DNA of 64,000 nucleotides from a virus (Duplodnaviria; Caudoviricetes): IMG/VR virus record IMGVR_UViG_2706794555_000001, positions 34,702 to 98,701 of that record; one strand, 5' to 3'. Shown piece by piece: positions 48,114 to 56,674 of this stretch (position 1 is its first letter; each line of letters starts with the position of its first letter). The notes under the pieces were generated by a model. It saw only the letters and a program-made list of their open reading frames with translations, ran no database searches and was not told where the DNA came from. The position numbers and the translations under genes were made by a program.

Positions 48114-48342
48114 TGACCTGGGTCGGGCGGTCGCGCTGGTGGGTGCCCGGCTGCGCGGCGACGTCGACGGCGAGCGGGTTCTCCTCGGTGACTGCGGCGA
48201 GGATCTGCCGCTGGTCGAGGGCCTGCTGCTGGTCGCCGAGTTGTCGTTGACGGTGATGGCGCAGCGGGACGGGGTGAGTCGGGAGCAGGCGGCCGAGACG
48301 ACGGCCGTGCTGCTGCGGTCGCTGGCTGGTGGTGGCGGGTGA
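48103..48342 (+). CDS. Small helical protein, partner gene copy 2
   Basis: GGAGG RBS; paralogue of 47359-47613. Confidence 0.6.
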   Translation: MRVDDLGRAVALVGARLRGDVDGERVLLGDCGEDLPLVEGLLLVAELSLTVMAQRDGVSREQAAETTAVLLRSLAGGGG

Positions 48343-48731
48343 CCGAGACCGACGTGCCCGGCGTGGTGGTGCCACCGGAGTTGGCCGCCCTGGTCGGCGC
48401 CCTGCTCCACTACGGCGTCGCGGCGTTCGCGTCCCGCAACGGCGCCCTGCCTACCGTTCCGGGCCTGGAGGAACTGCGCGAACAGCTGCGCGTGACGGCT
48501 GGGGCCGCTAGCGGACGGCGTCCGCGCATGCTGGGCCTGCCAGGACCGGTGACCCGCTACTTGACGGTCGACGAGGCCGCCGAGCTGATGGGTGTCTGCC
48601 CGCGGCAGGTACGACGCCTCTCGAAGACGGGGGCGTTGATCGCCCGCAAGCCGGGACGGGACTGGCAGGTCGACGCAGAAAGCGCGACCGACTACGGCAG
48701 GAGACAGCAGGCATGGCAGCGAGCAGCGTGA
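48339..48731 (+). CDS. Excisionase-like (HTH_17/MerR-type) DNA-binding protein
   Basis: YLTVDEAAELMGV..RQVRRL...G.L.A.K.GR.W.V. Confidence 0.75.
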   Translation: MTETDVPGVVVPPELAALVGALLHYGVAAFASRNGALPTVPGLEELREQLRVTAGAASGRRPRMLGLPGPVTRYLTVDEAAELMGVCPRQVRRLSKTGALIARKPGRDWQVDAESATDYGRRQQAWQRAA

Positions 48732-49441
48732 TGAAGGGCCCCGACGTCGAGCAGGCGCGCGCCGAGGTACACCAGGCGGAGACCGAGCTTGCCTCGGGCG
48801 GGAAGGTCGCCTTCGAGCACCTGCACCGACTCCGGGATCGGTGGCGTCACGCGGACCTCGCCGCCCAGGGTGCGCAGGCGCGGGCCGAGTCGGAGCGGGT
48901 CCGGGCCCGCCTGGAGGCGCTGACGGCGGTGGGGGCGGAGGTCGAGAACACTGCGGCTGCGGAGCCGGGCCAGGCGCTGCGGGAGGCCCTGGCCGAGGTC
49001 GCCCGGGTCTGCGCCAGGGTGCGTGCCCTCGCGGACGGGCACGATGCCACGGTGGCGGCCCTGGTGGCCGCGGCGGTGGACCTGCAGGTCGAGGCGAAGG
49101 CGCCGGCGGGTCCGCGCGCCACCTCGGGGCACGTGGCCGTGGAGGGCCGCGCGATCGTGCACAAGGCGGTCAAGCTGGTGCCGGTGCGGGACCTGGTCGA
49201 GCAGGCGTTGCAGCACGCCGTCACGGGTGATGTGGAGCGCGCCGCGGGCATGGCGCGGCCGGTCGTCGAGGTGCCGGCGGCCAAGCGCCCCGATCACCTG
49301 CTGCGGGGCCGTAACGGCGTCCTGCACCCGATCAGCGGGGACCTCAACAACGGCATGCAGGCGCACGTGCGCTCGGGCGAGGTGGTGCCGCTGTCCGACA
49401 CGGACGTCGACCGGTGGATGCGCGGTGAGCTCGGTGAGTGA
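48713..49441 (+). CDS. Hypothetical Ala-rich coiled-coil protein
   Basis: AGGAG RBS; overlaps the next gene. Confidence 0.6.
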   Translation: MAASSVMKGPDVEQARAEVHQAETELASGGKVAFEHLHRLRDRWRHADLAAQGAQARAESERVRARLEALTAVGAEVENTAAAEPGQALREALAEVARVCARVRALADGHDATVAALVAAAVDLQVEAKAPAGPRATSGHVAVEGRAIVHKAVKLVPVRDLVEQALQHAVTGDVERAAGMARPVVEVPAAKRPDHLLRGRNGVLHPISGDLNNGMQAHVRSGEVVPLSDTDVDRWMRGELGE

Positions 49442-49871
49442 GTCCACGGCCGAGCTGGCGGTGCACTTCGCGGCTGCGGCGCATCACGCGGACGCGGCGG
49501 CGCTGTGCGACTCGGCGGCGTTTATGGCCCGGGTCGCGGCCTTGGGGCCCGATTCGCCGGGCTTCGTGGCGCGGGTGTCCGCTGCCGTGCAGGAGGCCGC
49601 CGCAGGGGCGCAGCAGCCCGTCCAGGCCCCGGAGACCGGGCAGGACGCCGGTGCGGCCGGTAGCGGGCCGTCGGGGCTGTCTGGTGCGAATGTGCGGGTG
49701 CTGCAGCAGTCGGCGCGGCGGGCGATGCTGACCCAGGACTACGCGGGTGAGATCACCGAGCAGGAGGTGCGGGACGCTGAGCCGCACGTGGTGGCCGCCT
49801 GGGCGACCGCGGGCAAACTCGCCGGCCTGGGCATCCCCGCGCAGAAGCCCCGCGGACGCCGGAGGGCTTGA
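49434..49871 (+). CDS. Shortened homologue of the prophage scaffold protein (145 aa)
   Basis: GTG start overlapping the previous stop; aligns by eye to the C-terminal half of 7152-8015. Confidence 0.7.
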   Translation: MSESTAELAVHFAAAAHHADAAALCDSAAFMARVAALGPDSPGFVARVSAAVQEAAAGAQQPVQAPETGQDAGAAGSGPSGLSGANVRVLQQSARRAMLTQDYAGEITEQEVRDAEPHVVAAWATAGKLAGLGIPAQKPRGRRRA

Positions 49872-50026
49872 CCCCTTGACCCCCCGTCGGCTGTTCGCGG
49901 TCCCCACCGCCGCGCCGGCTGGAAGCCCGGCCTACGCGTGCGGCCGAGCTGCGCGCCGCCCCTGCTCGTGACCAATCCGGGCAGGGCGGCGCGTTGTGCA
50001 GTACCACCATCGAGAGGAGCACGGCC

Positions 50027-50326
50027 ATGGAGCCGATGATCAGGGAGCGCCGTCTCCCGCCGCCCGAGCTCGGGCCGATGCTCGCCGCCGCCCGGATGCG
50101 GGCCGGGCTGCGCGGGCGCGAGGCGGCACGGCTGCTCGGTCTGTCCCAGAGCTACCTGGTGCGGTTGGAGTCCGGGCAGCGGGTGCCCTCCATGACGGTC
50201 GCCGGCAGGCTGGCCGAGCGGTTGGGGCTGAGCGAGGACGAGCGAGCGGCGCTACTGACCGCGGCGGTCGACGACGCCGGCGCGGACCATCCGGCCCGGA
50301 CCACAGCCGCAACCCACCCCCGGTGA
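50027..50326 (+). CDS. XRE-family HTH protein
   Basis: LAAAR.RAGL..REAA..LGLS.SYL.RLE.GQR.PS. Confidence 0.8.
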   Translation: MEPMIRERRLPPPELGPMLAAARMRAGLRGREAARLLGLSQSYLVRLESGQRVPSMTVAGRLAERLGLSEDERAALLTAAVDDAGADHPARTTAATHPR

Positions 50327-50389
50327 TCGACGTCGCTGATCCCCGCCCATACTGATGCGTCACATTCGCGCGGGACCGGGGGGCAATCC

Positions 50390-50848
50390 GTGGCCAACAT
50401 CAGCTTCGGGATCTTCATGCTGGTCTTCGTGACTTGCATGTCCGTGTTCATGGTGCGGGCCGCATGGCTTCACTGGATCGACTCCGATCGCGCACCAGAG
50501 ATGCCCGGAGTCCGCACGACGAACCCGTCCGTGATCAGGGGACACGAAAGGGGGATCGTGCCCCTCGCAGGCTGGCTGGCACTGACGAACGCATCAATCC
50601 TGATCGGCTTGATCAACAGCCAGGCCACGACGGGCGTCGCCCTAGTTCTTCTGTTCAGCTCCTTCGTGATGCTGCTCCTGCACGCCTCGGTCGCATGGTT
50701 CAACTGGCCCAAGTTCCTCGTACCGCCGCACCTGCGTCACGACACCGGGTCAATCGTCGAGTGGTACGAGCACCGCCGAGACCTCCGCGCAGCCCTCGCC
50801 GAGGCCGCCGAGCGTGATGCCCTAGGACATCGTTCTGACCCTCGATAA
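50390..50848 (+). CDS. Membrane protein (about 3 TM), cargo
   Basis: Hydrophobic segments; FNWPKFLVPPHLR motif; lower GC. Confidence 0.6.
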   Translation: MANISFGIFMLVFVTCMSVFMVRAAWLHWIDSDRAPEMPGVRTTNPSVIRGHERGIVPLAGWLALTNASILIGLINSQATTGVALVLLFSSFVMLLLHASVAWFNWPKFLVPPHLRHDTGSIVEWYEHRRDLRAALAEAAERDALGHRSDPR

Positions 50849-50868
50849 GCCATGTTATCGAGGGTCAG
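50835..50868. other. lox/dif-like recombination site (14-bp inverted arms, 6-bp spacer)
   Basis: CTGACCCTCGATAA-GCCATG-TTATCGAGGGTCAG, 17 bp upstream of a tyrosine recombinase. Confidence 0.7.
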
Positions 50869-50885
50869 GCCGGTAGACTGATGGC

Positions 50886-51884
50886 ATGTCAGCCGAACTG
50901 GTCCCCGCCTCCGTGCCGCTGCCCGCCACGGTCGACTCCACCGTCTCGGACAGCACCCGGGACCGGCTCGACCGCTCGGTGCCGGAGAATACCCGCCGCG
51001 CCTACGCCCGCCAGTGGAACATCTTCACCGACTGGTGCGGCTCGACCGGGCGCACCCCGATGCCGGCCACCGCGCACACCCTCGCGGAGTACGTCAGCCA
51101 CCTCGCCGACCTCGACCGCGCCCCCAGCACCATCGAGCAGGCCATCGCAGCGATCCGCACCGCCCACCGGACCGCCGGGCACCGCGGCCTGCCCGAGACC
51201 GACGCCGCCCTGGCCGTACTGAAGGTCCACCGACGGGACCGGGCCGCCGCGGGCAAGCGGAAGCGGAAGGCTCCGCCGGTCACCCTCAAGCCGCTCCGGG
51301 CGATGATCGAGGCCACCGACCCGAAGACGCCGAAGGGGCTGCGGGATCGCGCCCTGATCGTGCTCGGCTTCGCGGCGATGGCCCGCCGCTCCGAGCTCGC
51401 CGCGCTGCAGATCGAGGACATCCGGTTCACCGACGACGGGCTCACCGTTCTGGTGCGGTCCAGCAAGACCGACCAGGACGCTGTCGGTGCCGAGGCCCAC
51501 ATCCCGCACGGCGTCCACCCCGACACCGACCCCGTCCGCGTGGTCCGCGCCTGGCTCCAGGTCCTGGCGGAGCACGACGTCACCGCGGGTCCGCTGCTGC
51601 GCCGCATCAACCGCTGGGGCCAGCTGCAGCCCGGCGGGATGTCCGGGGCGGCCGTGAACGAGGCGGTGCAGCGGCTCGCCGAGGCCGCGGGCCTGGACGG
51701 CGCGGCGGACTTCACCGCGCACGGTCTGCGCGCCGGCGGTCCAACCGAGGCTGCGAAGGCCGGTCACCCGACCAGCTTCATCGCCGAGCACGGCCGCTGG
51801 TCCAAGACCAGCCCGCAGGTGCTGGAGTACATCCGGCCCGTCGAAAAATGGCGGGACAACCCGATGCGCGGCATCGGGCTGTGA
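50886..51884 (+). CDS. Cre/ResD-like tyrosine recombinase (probable resolvase)
   Basis: NTRRAY..W..F..WC SAM-like N-terminus; RDRA...GF....RRSEL, SKTDQ, HGLRAG, HGRW and YIR motifs. Confidence 0.9.
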   Translation: MSAELVPASVPLPATVDSTVSDSTRDRLDRSVPENTRRAYARQWNIFTDWCGSTGRTPMPATAHTLAEYVSHLADLDRAPSTIEQAIAAIRTAHRTAGHRGLPETDAALAVLKVHRRDRAAAGKRKRKAPPVTLKPLRAMIEATDPKTPKGLRDRALIVLGFAAMARRSELAALQIEDIRFTDDGLTVLVRSSKTDQDAVGAEAHIPHGVHPDTDPVRVVRAWLQVLAEHDVTAGPLLRRINRWGQLQPGGMSGAAVNEAVQRLAEAAGLDGAADFTAHGLRAGGPTEAAKAGHPTSFIAEHGRWSKTSPQVLEYIRPVEKWRDNPMRGIGL

Positions 51885-51909
51885 CGGGCCACGCTGGTAC
51901 GACGGAGCG

Positions 51910-52689
51910 CTAACCGAGCAGCTTGGCCTTGGCTGCTTCGAACTCGGCGCCGGACAGGATGCCCTGCTGGAACAGTCGCCCGAGCTTGTCCAGCTCGTCG
52001 GCGACCGAGTAGCCCGGCGCCGTGGTCGGCGCGGTGGGCGTCGCCGAGGTGGCGGCCATCGCGGGGCGGACGTTGGCGGAGAGCAGGTTGCGCAGCTGCT
52101 CGTACCGGGCGCGCTGCTGCCAGGTGAACATGATCGCGTGCGTGTTGCGGGCCGTAGCCGCCGTTCGGTCGCCGTTGCCCGTCGAGGTCAGACCCCGCGG
52201 ATCCGTGGCTGTCACGAAGTGGATGTGCCCGTTCCTGGCCCGGGTGGGTTCGAGGAAGTCCACCGCGACGATCTGCGGCCACGGGATGCTCGACGACCGG
52301 TTGCCGGTGAGCTTGCCCATGACGGTGCGGCTGATCTCGATCCGGTTCGGGTGCAGGGTCACCGTTGCCAGGTAGCCCTTGAACGGCAGGGGCTTCATGC
52401 CGGCGGGCGGCTGCTCGGGGAGCACTGTGGACCGCTGGCCGTTGGTCGGGACTGGCCGCACCGCCGGGGCCGGCTGGGTGCTGCGGGTCGTCTTGCCCGC
52501 GGACTTCCTGCCGCTGCCGGTGGTGTAGCTGAGCCCGGTACCCGGCGCCGAGACGCGGGTGGTCACCCGGCCGTTGGCGCGCTTGGTGACCCGGGCGCCC
52601 TTCACGCCGGCGCTGTAGCTGATGCCGGACTTGGACGCGGTGACGCGGATCGGTCCGGCCTTGAACGACTTGCGGTAGCTGAAACCCAT
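51910..52689 (-). CDS. DUF4236 / SHOCT domain protein
   Basis: MGFSYRKSFKAGP.RVT.SKSG.SYS.G N-terminus; ADELDKLG.L...GILS..EFEAAKAKLL SHOCT motif. Confidence 0.8.
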   Translation of the reverse strand: MGFSYRKSFKAGPIRVTASKSGISYSAGVKGARVTKRANGRVTTRVSAPGTGLSYTTGSGRKSAGKTTRSTQPAPAVRPVPTNGQRSTVLPEQPPAGMKPLPFKGYLATVTLHPNRIEISRTVMGKLTGNRSSSIPWPQIVAVDFLEPTRARNGHIHFVTATDPRGLTSTGNGDRTAATARNTHAIMFTWQQRARYEQLRNLLSANVRPAMAATSATPTAPTTAPGYSVADELDKLGRLFQQGILSGAEFEAAKAKLLG

Positions 52690-52842
52690 GGCTGCCCCCT
52701 GGTGAGAGGGCCCCAGCGTGGCACCACAGCTCTGGTGATCGTCGCGGTGTTGCCGAGCCGTTACCCAGCGTGCTGGCCTTCGGCTGCTTTCAGGATGCCC
52801 GCTTGCCTGCTCGGCCGGACGATGGAGGTGGAGGCGATCGGC

Positions 52843-53109
52843 ATGTACGAGATCCGCGCCCAGTACGGCCCTGCGAAACCGGCTCCCGACGGCCGCGCAC
52901 TCCGGGGCCCCTTGCATCTCTGGCACATCTGCGAACCGCCGTCTCTCAAGGCGCTGTGTGATCAGCAACTGAGCTCCAGCGCCAAGACCTGGCCTATCGA
53001 GGACTGGAGCGGCTGGCTCCCGGGCGACGTCAGCGTCAACGAGAACCGGCGCTGCGCGGCCTGCGCGAACGCCTACGGCTCGGGCCCCGACGCCCCGACG
53101 CCGCTCTAG
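52843..53109 (+). CDS. Small Cys/His protein
   Basis: GGAGG RBS; LWH...ALC...RCAAC. Confidence 0.55.
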   Translation: MYEIRAQYGPAKPAPDGRALRGPLHLWHICEPPSLKALCDQQLSSSAKTWPIEDWSGWLPGDVSVNENRRCAACANAYGSGPDAPTPL

Positions 53110-53264
53110 TCGCGGGGGTGCAGCCCCCAGGCTGGGCACTCCGGGTCGTGCGGCTCCTGCCCGCCGAGTCCTCGGCAGCGGGGGCACTTCGGCCGGTCCT
53201 CGCCGCTGGTGCCGCCCTAGGCGGAGGCGCTCCTGGGCCCGCGCGAGTCGTAGCGGCGCGTGGT

Positions 53265-54035
53265 CTACAGCTGTGGCCGGTGGCCGTACTCGCTGACCCA
53301 GCGCGACCCGAGCAGCACGATGTCCGCGGTCTCCACCGGCCGCCCGTTGGCCTGGTCGTAGTACGTGCGCATGATGGCCATGACCGGTGCTGCGGGCGCG
53401 CAGCCGAGTTGCTGGGCCTCGGCCCGGGTAGCCGTGCGGGCGCGGACCTGCTCGACCGGCACGCCGACGTCGACGCCGACCACCGCCATCCGGTCGGCCA
53501 CACCGATACCGGCGTAGGGGCCGGCCTCCGGGAGCACGATCAGTGATCCGCCGGTGATGTCGAGCGGCTCCCAGCTCTCCGCGATCTGCACCGGCTCGCC
53601 GTTCGCCAGGTAGGTGTACCGGGTGTGCATGACGCCGTCGCCCACGGGGATCTCCAGGCGCGCGGCCACAGCCTCGCTGGCCCGGTCGGTGCCGGATTCG
53701 TGCTGCCAGCTGCCGACGACTCCCTGTTCGGCGAGCAGTTGGGCGACGGGTGAGCCCTGGCCGGCGCGGACGCGCTGACGGCGGAACATGACCGTCGGCG
53801 CTGCCTGGCTGCGGACGTAGTGGCCAGCTCCGGGGCGGGAGATGACGAGGCCCTCGTCGACGAGCAGCGCGTAGGCGCGCTGTCCGACGGTGCCGCTGTA
53901 GCCGAACTCGTCGGACAACTCGGTCAGCGAGGGGAGGCGCGCGCCCGCTTCGAGTGCGCCGGTAGCGATCCGGGTGCGGAGAGCGTCGGCGACCTGCAAA
54001 TACGGCGGTGTCGCCTCGGTGTCGGTCACATTCAC
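53265..54035 (-). CDS. GntR/HutC (UTRA) regulator, KorA/KorSA-like
   Basis: PPYLQVAD.LR..I..G.L..G.RLPS..EL wHTH plus UTRA domain; sits in a TraB element. Confidence 0.88.
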   Translation of the reverse strand: MNVTDTEATPPYLQVADALRTRIATGALEAGARLPSLTELSDEFGYSGTVGQRAYALLVDEGLVISRPGAGHYVRSQAAPTVMFRRQRVRAGQGSPVAQLLAEQGVVGSWQHESGTDRASEAVAARLEIPVGDGVMHTRYTYLANGEPVQIAESWEPLDITGGSLIVLPEAGPYAGIGVADRMAVVGVDVGVPVEQVRARTATRAEAQQLGCAPAAPVMAIMRTYYDQANGRPVETADIVLLGSRWVSEYGHRPQL

Positions 54036-54122
54036 TCCCTAGCACGGTCGAGCGGTAGTGACAGGGTATCGACACCGTCGCTACTGTATTGGCACAGTCA
54101 CACCGTGCTAATAGGGGTCGGT

Positions 54123-55373
54123 ATGCAGCTCAGCACCCGTGCGTCCACATTGCTCGCCGAAGTCGAGGACGCGGCGCACGCCCCGGCGCAGGTAACCCGG
54201 GTCGGCGCACGCCTGCGCATCGCCGCACCCATCGCCGCCGACCTCACGATCGCTCAGTTCCAGTGCGCCTTAGAGGTGGTGCAGCGGGGCGACGACTGGG
54301 GCAGCACCAGCGCCAACGGCACGGTCATCGTCTGGTCCGAGATCAACGAGACGGAGGTGCCATGAGCCAAACCGTCGAGGTCTACCTGACCCCGTCCTGC
54401 CGCAGTGGAAAGCGTGACCCGAACTTCCCCTACGGGCACTCGCACTGCAACGCCCCGGGCTACGAGCATCCCGCGCTCGGCTGGATCGACGTTCCGTGCG
54501 GGTGCGACTGCCACACCAAGACCACGGAGGCGGCGCGGTGATGGGTGACTTCCTGGGCGAGGACCGCCCCTCGGACCTGCCGCGCGTGGCCAGCCTGACG
54601 GATCCGCTGACGTTCACTCCGCCGAAGCCGGTCCCGAACTGCTCCGAGTGCCAGCGCTACGTCCGGCTCGCCGCGAAGGTAGCCGGCGACGGGAGCGCCT
54701 CGACGGACGTCCGTGTGCTGCTGTCCCGCCACCTGACCGAGGACCACGCGGCGCAATGATCTCCCGTCCGGCCGGCCCCCTGCGGTGGTGCCGCGGCCGG
54801 ACGGGGAACGCCGCCCGGGTCGCCTTGGTCTGCAGGGCACCCGGGCGGCACCAGACGGCCGCCCGTCGCCTGTGGAGGGACGACGGGCGGCAACACCTCG
54901 GGGTGCCGGCGTAGGCGCATCCGCCGGCACCCCCACCACCGAGGAGCAGCACCATGGACGTGGACGACGACGGACCGCCGGAGCGGCATCCGCTGCCGCT
55001 GTACGGGCCGCTGATCCCGAACGAGGTCCTCGGACCGTGCCCGACATGGTGCGACGGGATCCACGCACCCGCGGAGGAGTGGGGCGTCGGCCAGTACCAC
55101 TCCGCCGCGCCCGTCGAGCTGGAGGTCGCCACCACAACGGGCATGCTGGCGCTGCGGGCGATGGCGGAGATCACCCAGTACCCGCGGGCCGAAGACCCAG
55201 CGAAGCGGCAGATCTACGTGTCGATGGCTTGGGAGGACGGCTGCCAAGAGTACGAGCCTGAGGACATCGCCAACGTCGCCGACGCCCTGGCCGTGTACGC
55301 CGAGCAGCTGCGCGCGCTGGCTGTGCGGGTTGTCGAGCTGCGGGCCGCTGACGAGGTGCAGCAGGCGCGGTAA
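54123..55373 (+). CDS. Operon of small genes divergent from the GntR gene (54123-54365, 54362-54541, 54541-54759, 54954-55373)
   Basis: ATGA/TGATG overlaps and RBSs; CPTWC...H...H motif in the last gene; in-frame TTA codon in the first. Confidence 0.6.
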
Positions 55374-55562
55374 AACTACGCGGATCGCTACAGCCGGGCC
55401 GACCGAAGGGTGTCCGCGGCGCCGGACACCCCCGCGTGAGGTTGCGACACCCCGCGGGGGAGTCACAAATCCCGGTAGTCCCGTGGGCAGAGTGAAGGTG
55501 ATCGACGGGCCGCAGCCGCAGAGGCGACGTAGCGTTGAAGTCCCAGATGGGACGTGGTCACC

Positions 55563-55931
55563 ATGTCGGATCAGCAACCCAGGACGCCCGGCCCGGAACC
55601 GCCTCCGGCGTCCACCCGATGGCAGCCGGGCGCGCTGCCGCAGAACACCCAGTGGCAGCAGCAGCCAACCGTGATCGCCCCGCCGGGCACCGTGGTGCCG
55701 AAGTCGCCGGGGATCGCCGTGATCGCGTCGCTCTTCCTGCCCGGCCTCGGCTCGATGATCAGCGGGAATGTTGCCATCGGCGTGATGATCCTGTGCCTGT
55801 GGCTGGCGTCGTGGCTGCTGACAGTGATCCTTATCGGCTTCGTCGGAGTGTTCGTGTTCTGGGTGTGGGGGATGGCCCAGGCATACCGTGACGCGGTTTC
55901 GTGGAACCGCCACCACGGCATGATCAGCTGA
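55563..55931 (+). CDS. Small membrane protein (TM2-like)
   Basis: KSPGIA.IAS.FLPGLG.M..G motif. Confidence 0.7.
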   Translation: MSDQQPRTPGPEPPPASTRWQPGALPQNTQWQQQPTVIAPPGTVVPKSPGIAVIASLFLPGLGSMISGNVAIGVMILCLWLASWLLTVILIGFVGVFVFWVWGMAQAYRDAVSWNRHHGMIS

Positions 55932-55989
55932 GCCGGCCTCCGACCCCGCACCAGGTGCGACCGACCCGGAGCAGGCGGACGCTGGAGCC

Positions 55990-56229
55990 ATGACCGATCA
56001 TCCCGAGCATTCCGCCGCCCATCGGCCGCACGTCGTGGTGCACCCCGTGGTCGAGGCCCCGCGGCCGTTCCGACGCGTCGACATCCTGGGCATGTACGTG
56101 GGCAGCGCGTACGGCGTCGTCGACGTGATCGAGTTCACCCGCCGCGCCGGACTGGACGACATCACCCTCGACGACCCGGAGTCGGTGCGGTGGCAGGGCG
56201 GCGGCCCCGAGGTGTGGAGCGTCGAATAG
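55990..56229 (+). CDS. Small conserved-type Streptomyces hypothetical protein
   Basis: VVVHP...RRV.I.G...G.A....DV.EF.RRAGL....LDDP..V.W.GGGP.VW. Confidence 0.65.
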   Translation: MTDHPEHSAAHRPHVVVHPVVEAPRPFRRVDILGMYVGSAYGVVDVIEFTRRAGLDDITLDDPESVRWQGGGPEVWSVE

Positions 56230-56507
56230 GGCCGTCGACACCATTCGGTTGCCCTGCCCGAGGTGGCCATCAGCCCGAGGGGCCCAGACCCTTGATTGCC
56301 TGACCAGGCAGGGGGAAGATGCTTGGTCCGGCCGGCGGGCCGGGGTCCGGGGCGACCTGGTGCTGAGCGGCCTCACGGTCGCCCCCAGGACCATTCGGCC
56401 CTGCGAGTCGTGACCCAGACGGTCACGGCCGGCCAGCACCCGAGGGGCACGCACTGGCGCGTACCCGTGCGACCCGGGCTGCGCGGCGGCACGAAGATCA
56501 GCGGGGA

Positions 56508-56670
56508 GGGAGGCGCAGCACCCCCGCCGCAGTAGCCGCTCCGGGCTGCTGGACGGTGCCGGATCACCCGCCTCCCTGCCTCCCTAAACAGCCATCTATG
56601 CAGGTCAGCCCGAGGGAGGCGGCCCAGGGAGGCGGTGAGGGAGAACTCCCCGCCTCCCCGGCCGCCTCCC
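56508..56670. repeat. 8-bp repeats (GGGAGGCG/CGCCTCCC) directly downstream of traB; candidate clt locus
   Basis: Exact copies at 56508, 56569, 56614, 56627, 56651 and 56663; variant at 56577. Confidence 0.55.
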
Positions 56671-56674
56671 CGGA

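Noticed and set aside
51910-54075. 721-aa ORF on the minus strand
   Set aside because: Only the last 259 aa (from ATG 52689) look like a protein; the upstream part overlaps the GntR gene in another frame.
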